Below, one piece after another: positions 13,246-22,581 of a stretch of DNA of 32,213 bases. The stretch comes from Raillietiella orientalis (lineage: Eukaryota): positions 2,976,001-3,008,213 of the forward strand of contig JAYWIR010000027.1 of assembly GCA_036172245.1 (NCBI GenBank), given 5' to 3'. The notes under the pieces were generated by a model. The model was not told the origin of the DNA. It did not search any database and saw nothing but the letters and a program-made list of their open reading frames with translations. Numbering within the stretch: position 1 is the first letter of the stretch; each line of letters starts with the position of its first letter. A program made the translations under genes and the position numbers.

Positions 13246-13482
13246 ATGGCGTTTACTCTATTTGGTGTTTTGCAAGCCTTTTTGCTGTACCTAAATGCTG
13301 TGTGCGTATTGAACGAAGAAAGATTCCTTTCAAAGTTTGATAAGAAGACTCCTGGATTCAGTCCTGAACATTCCACTCGGATGCAGCTGTTAAGCATAGT
13401 TAGATCGGTAAAACTGGTGGTCAGAATTCCCTTAATATTTTTAAACGTAGTTGTTATTGTCATAAAATGTATTGCTGGGTAG
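13246..13482 (+). CDS. IER3IP1: Immediate early response 3-interacting protein 1 / Yos1 family small ER membrane protein (78 aa), single exon
   Basis: MAFTLFGVLQAFLLYLNAVCVLNEERFLSK…RMQLLSIVRSVKLVVRIPLIFLNVVVIVIKCIAG matches the Yos1/IER3IP1 pattern (MAFTL…NA..VL.EERFL…QL…IRSV…R.PLI..N…G-stop). ATG at 13246, TAG at 13480-13482. An AG acceptor-like site ends at 13233. Confidence 0.9.
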   Translation: MAFTLFGVLQAFLLYLNAVCVLNEERFLSKFDKKTPGFSPEHSTRMQLLSIVRSVKLVVRIPLIFLNVVVIVIKCIAG

Positions 13483-14581
13483 CCAACGTGCTTGTAACAA
13501 GGTCCCGAAAAACTCTCAGAAGCATCAATGAAAACAGGCAATTTCATGCAAATGAACTGTCTAGGATGTCCAGGAAATTGGAGGATATGAAATGTTCAGT
13601 GTTTAAAATTTTTGTGTTTTGTCAAATACAAAGCTGCTCCGCTTGAACCTGAAGTATTGCTGATTTATTGTTTTGAAAGCAGATGTCTAGTGTGTGGTGC
13701 TCTTCTAATTGTGCCATTCGTAGACGAAAACTATGGGAAGCCACGTATTTATGAATATTTCTACTTTGAACATCTTAGGGATGCAGATCTATGGGCAAGT
13801 AGGCAGCCTTTATGGAAAACAAATGGTCTAGGTATTTCCAGTTCTTGTTGGGTAAAATGTGTCTGAAAACATGCATGTGGGTACCATGTGCATTAATTTT
13901 AAACTTAAGCATTGACTGCTACTGTTTCATTTCTTAATTGCAACTAAGTTCTGTGCTCTAGGGAACCTGGAAGTAAATCACATCAATTCAGCAACCTGAA
14001 TAAGGAATCTAGAAAATACCATTAATGTGAATGTTTTGTTTGTGATGAATGCATTTTTGGAAGGATTCATCATGTACCATGTACTCATTACTGGATATGT
14101 GATATTTCGGCATGAAAAATGCTGATATTGATGACCAATTATAAAAGAACACTGTAGCATTAGCTGAATTATTTGGATGCAGTTTCTGTATTGGTTTTCT
14201 TGCAAGCTGTACACAAATCATTAGTGTTGTTTTATAGATAACTCAGTTGACTACTAGTACACCAATGAGGGCATATATGTATATGTATACATATATGTAT
14301 TGTATAATGCAATGCAATTACTTGTGTTATGGTGAAGTTGGGAACTTAGTTTTGAGACATGCTAATTGCTTTTCAAAATGAGCTCTTTCGTACAATGAAT
14401 TGAAAATGAAGTCGTTATAACAGTTGATTATTAAGGAATGAGTGTACTAAGGTAATATATTGCAGATAAAGAAGAATCAAATCTTTGTCCAAGTGTTTGT
14501 GTAATTGTACCAAAGTGATATAAAAGTATTTTCGATGCTTCAAGAAAGGGATTGGATGTTTCAGAAGACTAGTTGAGTCTT

Positions 14582-14615
14582 CATATGTTTCCAATGGTTC
14601 TCTGGGAAACATATG
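14582..14615. repeat. Perfect inverted repeat, 11-bp arms, 12-nt spacer
   Basis: CATATGTTTCC (14582-14592) / GGAAACATATG (14605-14615). Confidence 0.9.
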
Positions 14616-15322
14616 CCTTATATGAGATAGCAGTCAACTGCAGATCTAATGTCAATGGCATGGGTTTCATTGATGACGTGTGGATTTTCCACAGATGTAG
14701 GCAAATGACAGGAAATGTGGCAAATCTTCTGTATGACAAATGATAGGAAATTGATCTATTGACAAATTTTGAAAACTTACCCGATTTTTTTGACCTTCAG
14801 CAACAAAAAAAAATAATAACTTGTGCTTCACCACCTTATTATTCAGAAAGTCCTTGAATGCTAATACTGGCAACTCATCTATGGTAAAAGAAATTTGATG
14901 CCATATAAACCAGTTAGATTTAGCAAGATTTTAAAAGAACAGATGTGCAGTTATATCTGAGTACAATGGTCTTCACTATTGGCTTCTGATTTTGAATTGG
15001 AACAGATGACTGGAGATCTCACATGTGCATTTGGAATTATAATGACTGCATACTTCATTTTTGTAAGAATATCTGAGATGTTAAGTTTTTGTAATTGTTG
15101 TATCATCATGGCTTGTGATGTGATCACATTAAAGTTTATCTGCTGTGTTTAGTTATTTTGTTGTGTTTAGTTGCAGCTGTTTGGGGTGCTTTTGATAATG
15201 CTAATGATTTGTGAGTACAATGCTCCAAAGTCTCTGAAACTGTGATCAAATTCACAAGTGTCACAGAGTTTGCTTGCATATATTATAAAAAAGATAAGAT
15301 ACATGTTCATTATGTGCATTGA

Positions 15323-15341
15323 TGTGTGTGTGTGTGTGTGT
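15323..15341. repeat. (TG)9 microsatellite
   Basis: tgtgtgtgtgtgtgtgtgt read directly. Confidence 0.95.
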
Positions 15342-16629
15342 AATGAAAAGTAATGGTTATAATGATAGTGGGAAAAAATAAAGCAAACAAATTCAAAACA
15401 CAGAAAGAACTTTTGCATTCCATTTTCTTGTCATTTACAATACCCAGTAGGTGATTTTTACAATTTTGATCGACCTGGATTTTCATTGTTTGATAAGTAG
15501 ATTTGTTTGGAATTTGATATTTTTTGATTCTGCACATCCAGTCACGACAATTCTGATGGACGGCAGACAATTCTGATGAAGATGGCTCAGCTGTTGAAGC
15601 TGCAGATGGTGCTTTCACTCCAGGCAACAAAAAACAAAGCTATTGATCATTCGGAGCAATGGTGGACAAGGGATAGGGAATGACGAAAAACAATTAGGAG
15701 AAACAAGAGGCAGAGAACCTATCATCAACCTATGCTTTAAACCTATCGTCTATGCAAGATGCTGGAGATGCCCATGTCGAATGTACACAGGAGATACCAG
15801 AAATTACGTTGTGAGCGACACCACCGCTTAAAGTGATTTGTAAAGCATTTGCGCATGTTGGTGTCCCGAGATCAAAGTGCCAGCAGTTGGCTAACACAGT
15901 GGTTGTATGCCCCAGGCAACTCTTACACGATGGCTTTTCTGCAAAGTTGGGGAAAACGCCTAAAAGCATTAGATTTGCAATTCTCTCCTAGGGAACCCCT
16001 GCTCTTGAGGAAAATGCGTCCGCAAAAATCGTTGGCAATACTAATGAAGAGTATGGAGCTTGGTGATCAAAAAAATATCAGCAGACTCAGCACGCAAGTC
16101 CTAACAACGATTCAGCAAAGAAGCAGAAGGCACAAATCTGCAGCGTCCCAATGAATCTCATTTTGACTGCCCAAGTCTCGGATACGATCGTCATGAACGC
16201 GACGAACTCAAAAGCGATCGAATCGTCGGTAGATAAATGGGAGGAATGTGTCGCTGATGCCATCTGTGGAATAAATAAGCAGCGGAGCTGAGCGAAAAGA
16301 CCAAAAAGAAAAGCCATAAGGTGCTTCGCATAAGAACCCGACTCCAGGTGTCTAACTCCGAACTGGATCCAGAAAACCCTAACAGGGTCGTAGGAGCACG
16401 AGGAACCAAAACACCACAACCCAACGAGGTGAGGAAAAAATCATTCCTCTCATCTCGCTCTCCCACAGCCGTGTACAAACGTTTTTTTCTGCTCTCCGGT
16501 GAGAAGTGTGGGCGAGTCTCCAACAGCGTTTTTACGTATGTGTGCTGTGAAAAGGATCCATGGTGTCTATGACAGAAATTCCTGAAGACACCGCGATGGA
16601 ACTGAGAGGAGTGAAGGTTGTTCCATCTT

Positions 16630-16810
16630 CCCTGACAACAAATGTGGAATCTTCCTTACCCACGGAATGGTCCCTCGCTGCGGCGAGGATTTGGAGTGCC
16701 GTGGCTTCTGCACCGTGTGCGGCAACCACAGACGAAAAGAAGGCATACGAGGCCCAAGCAACCGTTCTTTACTGTGCAAAGTACATGGGCTTTATTCGCT
16801 AACTATCGTG
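16630..16810 (+). mobile_element. Possible degenerate C-terminal CCHC region of a non-LTR retrotransposon
   Basis: FLTHG…GFCTVCGN, then in another frame …TVLYCAKY, resembles the FLTGHG…CxCG…H.L..C..Y end of LINE ORF2 proteins. Heavily decayed. Confidence 0.3.
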
Positions 16811-16882
16811 CGCTCCTTCGCTAAGGAATTGCAAAACATTAATGTTCAAGAGAAAGAGTTAATAGGACTCTCCGTCCGTAGC

Positions 16883-17075
16883 TTTTTTTTTTTTGTTTTT
16901 GACCCTATTCCTCCGCTCCGGTCTTTTAGGAAACCGGTCGGACATATCGGTGAACATTCGCCTTGAACTTCTATTGGACGTCTTTCGGGGAATTCGCTAC
17001 CTTCACGGTTGCGTTTTCTTATTTGTTTATTTTATTTTTATGTAAAAGAAACGCCTCGCCGTGACCGGGTGCCAA
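16883..17075 (+). mobile_element. Isolated 3' UTR fragment of the Tx1-like family (~193 bp)
   Basis: Aligns with the reverse complement of 9517-9710 (…CCGCTCCGG…AGGAAACCG…TCGGTGAAC…GAACTTC…). Ends AGAAACGCCTCGCCGTGACCGGGTGCCAA. Flanks TCCGTAGC (16875-16882) / TCCGTGGC (17076-17083) may be an 8-bp TSD with one mismatch. Confidence 0.8.
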
Positions 17076-17291
17076 TCCGTGGCGTGCGGCAGCTGGTGGA
17101 GCCGAACTGCACAGAAGCAGTTCTCGCACAGCGGCTACTGAGGACTCCCATTATCATGGAGGCAATATACTTCCCGATAACCGATTGGACCGCTCGATAG
17201 CTGTCACCTAACAGGAATCACACTCCGCTTGGAGAAAAATACCGTCCGGAGTGAACTAGAAAACACCAATCCTTTCGAAGGATATGGAAAT

Positions 17292-17330
17292 ATGCGGCAA
17301 GCCCGTTAAGTTTCAGTGGGCTTGCCGCAT
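17292..17330. repeat. Perfect inverted repeat, 13-bp arms, 13-nt loop
   Basis: ATGCGGCAAGCCC (17292-17304) / GGGCTTGCCGCAT (17318-17330). Confidence 0.95.
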
Positions 17331-17832
17331 TACGGTCCGCGAGGCGGGTGGATTGCCCCACAGACTAGTAGTCGGCGACGAACAAGTTGACTCGTGGCAT
17401 GTGGGAAAACTGAAATACTGTGAGCACCGTGGCACCTCAGGGCACCTCGAAAAGTGGTATTCGAATATGCAGTGCCCGCAGTGAGTCATTAAAGAGCACA
17501 CGAAAAAGGTGTTTTGAAAGCGTCGTCCACAAAGCGAAGGTCCATGGCAACAAAACGGGCACGGACAAAGACAAAAAATCCGGAAAACCGACAGTTTTCT
17601 CTACAGCAGTCAGACGAGGAAACTACGTGCACCCCCTCGGCAGAGCGAATTCAGGTTTCCGAGGAAGCAGGAAAAGAGCGTGTGTGGCAGCTAGTGAAAA
17701 GTAAGAGAAATATTATAGTAAGAATGAGAGAGAATAAGCCACAAACTCGCTGACCGCGTCCTGAAAAAGTCTCGCTGCGAGGGAATTTTCTATTGTACCG
17801 CACGTGTCGAACGCACCCTCACGATCGAGGGT

Positions 17833-18067
17833 TTGTACGTGGTCATGCCGGGACATTTATTCATAAAATAAAGGACAAATAAGAACAGTGTCTCCTTAAT
17901 TCCCCTTAATACGATGGATCTTAATACGATGAATGCTAGGAAAAAAGAATTCATGACCATCAGCACGAAGCTCGGCTTCCAAGGAAGTAGGGACAAAGGG
18001 TCTACGGTTTCTGCGTCTACTTTCTTCCTAAGAGCGACTGTGTATGATGGCGATCTCCCTGATCCCG
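17833..18067 (-). mobile_element. Short 5'-truncated LINE 3'-end insertion (235 bp) with 11-bp TSD
   Basis: CGATCGAGGGT at 17822-17832 and 18068-18078. Minus-strand terminus ATGAATAAATGTCCCGGCATGACCACGTACAA matches the family end motif. Confidence 0.8.
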
Positions 18068-18149
18068 CGATCGAGGGTGCAGTGGCAACAAAAAATGTTG
18101 CCGCCGGTGACGAGCGAGCTCGAATGTGCAAAGTAACCGAGAGGAGCGA

Positions 18150-18475
18150 GTCGGCGGAGGAGCTGGCGGACGCCGCGACCCCGAGCGTCTTACCCAAAAG
18201 ACTGTTGCGCTGGAAACAGCTACTACAAATTCTTTCGGAGGAGGTGCAGTGGTTTTCAACGTGCTGGAATAATGCTATCCTATCCCTCAAGTGGCAGGAG
18301 GCGGCGACTCTGCTGTTACTCTGCTGTCTTATGGACTTGAGTGTTCCGCGTCGGGACGACGGTCTCGGCCTCCTTACGCTGGAGCGGCTGGAGTTTCAGC
18401 TCCAGTTCTGTATGATAGCCGTTGTACCGGAGTTGTGGTGCACCTGCTGGTGCGTCCCTGCATGTCTCCTCGTCA
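18150..18475 (+). mobile_element. Two rearranged Tx1-like ORF2 fragments (pre-zinc-finger segment followed by thumb segment)
   Basis: ELADAATPSVLPKRLLRWKQLL…LKWQEAATLLL matches 25860-25960 and ~27800-27910. It is followed in frame by LMDLSVPRRDDGLGLLTLERLEFQL…CVPACLL, which matches 25300-25445. Confidence 0.8.
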
Positions 18476-18519
18476 TGAAAGACACTGGCAATAACGATAG
18501 GGCGTATTTGTTTGCCCGT

Positions 18520-19492
18520 CGTTACGCGAGGACACCCAACGTCCGTCGCCTGGCAGAGTACCGAGCTCCAAGCCTGGCAATCCGGGTTGGTCAGCTTGCT
18601 GGACGACCAGGGCCGGGAGCACTCGGCCCCGGCCGCGATACGACACCTCGTGCGGGGATTTTATTCCTTCCTCTACGCTCGGTAACCACCGCAGAGTGAG
18701 GCCTCGCGGCTCCTGTTACTAGACGGAGCTCCGGAAATAGGGGAGGAGGAGATTGAAAGCTTCGACGAGGTCTTTGCGATGGGCGAAATTCTCGCTGGGA
18801 TTGAAAGGCTCAAGAGGCGTAAGGCACTAGGAAAGGAAGGCCTGCCCGCAGAGTTCTTCCAGTGCGTCGCGGCAGAGCTGGCACCCCTGGTGCTTCAGTT
18901 GACGAGGCTGATCCGAGACGAAGACGATGTACCCGCCTCGTTTCGGTCAGTCAGGGTGAGGCTCCTTCCAAAGGGAGGAGACCTCAGGAAATTAAGCAAC
19001 TGGCGTCTGATCACGATTGCGAATACGGACGACAAGCTGACTGTTGGGCTGTGGTCGTCGCGTATGGGGCAGGTGGCAGACTCCATAATTAGCCCGGAGC
19101 ACACTTACGCTGTTCCCGGGCGATGGATGGAGGCCAACCTCTTCTTTGCGAGCACATGGTTTCATGTGCAGAAGAGAAATGATGAAAATGAGGGAATTAT
19201 TGGCAAACTCGCTTTGGGGGCACCAACCGGGCAAAGAGGGCATTCCCTGTTGGGGAAGAGGGCCCTAGCGGTCGCAGTCGATCTGCATAAGGCGTTCGAT
19301 TCCGTGGACTGGGAAGTCCTGCAGGAGCTCCTGGGTCGCATGGGCTTCCCAGCCTACCTTCTGACCTACCAGCGCTCCTGCTGGCGAAGTGCGATAATTA
19401 ACGTTAATTTCGGTGGTCAGAAGGGGTACGGCGTGCCGGTGCGGCGGGGCATACGGCAGAGCGAAAGCCTGAGTCTCCTGCTCTTTACTTAC
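18520..19492 (+). mobile_element. Tx1/L1-type ORF2 fragment: tether + N-terminal half of reverse transcriptase (defective)
   Basis: LDDQGREHSAPAAIRHLVRGFYSFLY…KALGKEGLPAEFF…LLPKGGDLRKLSNWRLITIANTDDKL…VPGR…VDLHKAFDSVDW…RRGIRQSESLSLLLF are RT motifs of L1/Tx1 type. One stop and a frameshift in the tether; truncated before YADD. Confidence 0.9.
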
Positions 19493-19689
19493 CTGTGCAC
19501 ATTTGGAAATATCGAACTTTGTTTTCCTTGGCACACATTGTTCGCATGAAAAGCTTACCACATTCCTTTCAGGTCTTGTATCTTGAGATTTCACTTACTG
19601 ATGAAGACATATATTTCTCTTGAAAGTATCAACTTTTGAGAATTCCAATCAACTGGCACGCGAGTCCACACAGCGTAAGCACGCCCCTT

Positions 19690-20200
19690 TTGTGGTCCTT
19701 GGGGACGTTGGTGGTCTGGGATTTCGAACGGAGGAAGCGGCCGCATCGCTCATATGGGCGTGCGCATTCCAGTGGCGCCACAAACACCCTGAAAATTCGA
19801 GCTCGGCCCGATCGCTTGCCATCCTCTTGACACCCATCTCACAGATGTTCTTTCTCCGAGAACGCTGCGGAGGACCCCAGTTTTCTCCCAGTTCCAACCG
19901 CTTGCGTGCTCCCTCATTCGGCGCAGCCGCGGGTTCTGCATCTCCCTGACCGACTCCCGTAGGGTTCCCAGGAAACTGCGCGGCAATCGGAGCGACCCTT
20001 GGAATGCGAACGATGAGGCGGTCGGGAGCATCGTGGATGCTTCTTCGCGAGGAGTAATTCCTTGGCGATAGGCCAGAGGTCGTCACACGCCACCATGACC
20101 CGAAGCCGCCTTTCCGAGATGCTAAGGGCTGACTGGATGAAGGCTGCGGCACGATTTGATCCATCGCCATTCGATCGGTGGAAGTTGCGACAGCCACATC
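19690..20200 (-). mobile_element. Possible degenerate L1/Tx1-type ORF1 remnant
   Basis: Minus-strand pieces RLIVRIPRVAP, RRMREHASGWNWEKTGVLRSV and VCGATG loosely follow the RRM-like + knuckle layout of such ORF1s. Frameshifted. Confidence 0.3.
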
Positions 20201-20307
20201 GGATAGCCTTCACTTTGGTTTCCATGGTTTCGCTTAGGAAGAAAAATTGTCCTGCAGGCTACGTTAGCTTTCTCGCTCTTTTGGTGAAGTGTGACGCCAT
20301 AATCAAC

Positions 20308-21138
20308 ATGGAGAACGGTCTGGAGAATTCCCGGGCTTCCAGCGACAGCTCGTGCGTCGCCCTGTTCGATTCGCGCGGGTCGACTCCGGAGGCGGCGGAG
20401 TCGCCCGCCAGCGGGTTGGCGTGCGACCCAGGCGCCTTGGAAGAGCAGCCGCCGCGCTTGCACGTGCGTCTGCCCAGGTTGTGGGCCTCCAGTGCATCCA
20501 CCTCCGTATCGACATCCAGCGAAAGCTCCACGCCATCGGGAGACACCCAGGCAAGCCCTCAACCCTTCCTGGATCCGTGGGCGCCGCACGGAGAAGCGGC
20601 GCCCCCGGATGCGTTCGCGTCGACGAACCTGGCATCTCGAGTGGATCCGTGGACCGAGCGCCCTTTTGAAGTGGGTGCCGGTCTCCCGTTCCTCGTACCG
20701 CGTTGCCCTCACTGTGGGCAACCGTGCTCCTACCCCATTTGGGAGTGGACTCTGATCACGGCGTACGTGCCTGCGCCGATTTGGAGCCAGGTGCTCGCAG
20801 CCGATCGCGCCCAAGTCGTTCAGCTGTCGGCGAGCACAGCGCAACCGCAACGTGGGGCGCCCTCCAAGCAGGACCTGAGCGGCGACGGCGCCGCAGGCAC
20901 TTTGACTGCAGTTGGCAGCTGCGGGACGGCGGCCCGCAGCGTCTCCCACTCGTCGGCCAGCGTCTACGAGTGCAGCAGCGCGGACAGACGCTCTGCTGTT
21001 CGTCGCAGCGCCCTACCCTTCCGGATGACCGCCGCCAGAAGCAGGGTAGCCAAGTTCTTCCGAAGGCTGCTCTGCTGGCTGCCTCCGTTGAATGAAGAAA
21101 AGTCATTCGGCGAGCTCCCACGGAACGAACACACGTAG
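20308..21138 (+). CDS. Hypothetical protein (276 aa), GC-rich, Ser/Ala/Pro-rich, with a CPHCGQPC motif and a basic amphipathic C-terminal segment
   Basis: Uninterrupted ORF from an ATG in AACATGG context to TAG. No family recognised. GC-rich DNA has long ORFs on several frames, so coding status is uncertain. Confidence 0.3.
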   Translation: MENGLENSRASSDSSCVALFDSRGSTPEAAESPASGLACDPGALEEQPPRLHVRLPRLWASSASTSVSTSSESSTPSGDTQASPQPFLDPWAPHGEAAPPDAFASTNLASRVDPWTERPFEVGAGLPFLVPRCPHCGQPCSYPIWEWTLITAYVPAPIWSQVLAADRAQVVQLSASTAQPQRGAPSKQDLSGDGAAGTLTAVGSCGTAARSVSHSSASVYECSSADRRSAVRRSALPFRMTAARSRVAKFFRRLLCWLPPLNEEKSFGELPRNEHT

Positions 21139-21239
21139 CGTGAAGGGAAGTTCAATTACTGCGGATTCCTCCTTCTTTTGCAACGCTTGGGTGAAAGGGG
21201 AATGGGAAGGCTGCGCATGCAGGTGGATCATTTCAGAAA

Positions 21240-22274
21240 GCGCTCCTCGGAAAGTTTAGTTTTCCTCTGAATTTTTCCTATGAAATCTTGAGTGGTCAGG
21301 TACGACTCCGCCTCCTGAATTAACGATCCTAAATAGAGGATTGGGTTTTCTCTTCAGGGTCAACCGAACCCTTCTAGGCACCTTGAGATGCTATCGAAAA
21401 GAGATGCGCTCTAAGCAGCCATTTCCCAATTGGAGAACGAAATTTCGCGCACAGCATCGACTTCTGAACTTACATCAGCGAGCCAATTCCATGACCGAGT
21501 AAGAGAGATCCGAAGCGGATCGTGAGTTTTCTGATCTAACGAGGGAAATGCGCAACGCAGTGGAAACCACTGGAATCCCAGTGCCCGTACTTTTTGCACT
21601 GTTTGCACTTCTCCCTTTATTCCGATTTGTGTCTTGGATCTCAGCGACCTGATGGTTGCTCTTGCGCTACGAACCATCAGTGTGCCAGTCGAACCTGCCT
21701 GATAGCTCATTCGACAGGATTCAAGAAATGTGGTGAGCATCATCTTCTGCCTGTGCACCACGTGTCATGTGGTGATGCTTTCGCTCAGTTCAGTGTCTCC
21801 GGAAACCGCATCCCGATGGCTGCGGATACAAGCGCGCTACGGAACGCAAGCGCCATTGCTTGAAAGAGGCGAGCACCGGATTCCTTGTGTAAAGTAAGTT
21901 TCACCCCTGTGCCAAGGAATCGCCTTGAAAGCTGACGAAGAACACCGAGGTGACTAGTGAGAGCGAGTGACTTTGGCTGCACCATCTTGCGATTGGAAAT
22001 TCCGATCGTAAGGATTCCAGCTGCACTGTTGCCAAGTGACTTTTCTTGTACAACGAAAGAGATGATTTCGAATGGGTGTTCTCTCTGCTAAATTTTGCTC
22101 ATGATGAAAATCCATCACTAGGAATAATCCTTCTGAATATGACGAAAGCTTCTATCGATTCCCCCCAAAGTGCTTATGTTCGAATGGCGGTGAATGCGAA
22201 GCCAAACTGAAACCTCGTGAATTGCACCTGTCCCGAAGCCTATTATGGAGACCTTTGCGAGCGGAGGAGATGGA
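21240..22274 (+). pseudogene. Spliced pseudogene of a probably secreted Cys-rich repeat + EGF-like protein
   Basis: Introns 21300-21357 (GTACGA…TTCAG), 21733-21788 (GTGAGC…CTCAG) and 21894-22020 (GTAAGT…TCCAG), plus donors at 21499 and 22275. Exon peptides CLGSQRPDGCSCATNHQCASRTCLIAHSTGFKKC and CLRKPHPDGCGYKRATERKRHCLKEASTGFLV* are repeats. CLCSNGGEC…NCTCPEAYYGDLCE is an EGF consensus split by a frameshift. Stops at 21412-21414 and 21890-21892. Confidence 0.75.
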
Positions 22275-22581
22275 GTAAGTGGGAAAAGAACATTCTTTGT
22301 GCACCTTTGTCTTACCATTTCATCTTACCATTCCCACTGATCTTTTTTTCTCGACCCTGGATTGTCTGCTTCTCAGGAAGGGACACCTTTACCATCCTCC
22401 TCCTTAGGTTTCTCGGGAGCATCTTCCTCGTGCACCTCGCCAGCGCACTCTTGTCTTTGTTCAAGAAAGGTCCATTGCAGCGTTCCGCATCGCTTCTTGG
22501 GAATGTCTTGCTCCTAATGGTGCTCCTTCCTCAAGGGCATGGAGGATGCTCCACGTTTTGTCATCCCGTCATGTAGTACCA

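Larger units (their letters stand above)
17230..18145 (+). mobile_element. Degenerate L1/Tx1-type ORF1 (two CCHC knuckles) running into a probable ORF2 APE start; interrupted by the 17833-18067 insertion
   Basis: LPHRLVVGDEQVDSWHVGKLKY-CEH[R]GTSGHLEKW[Y]-SNMQ-CPQ[*]VIKEHTKKV[F] gives two CX2CX4HX4C knuckles with mutated Cys codons. VATKNV at ~18082-18099 resembles the I-A-T-x-N-V start of APE domains. Confidence 0.65.

Noticed and set aside
12945..13547. 200-aa minus-strand ORF
   Set aside because: Antisense shadow of IER3IP1 with no family features.
14272..14297. 12-bp-arm palindrome CATATATGTATA/TATACATATATG
   Set aside because: Low-complexity TA/TG microsatellite-like DNA is self-complementary by composition.
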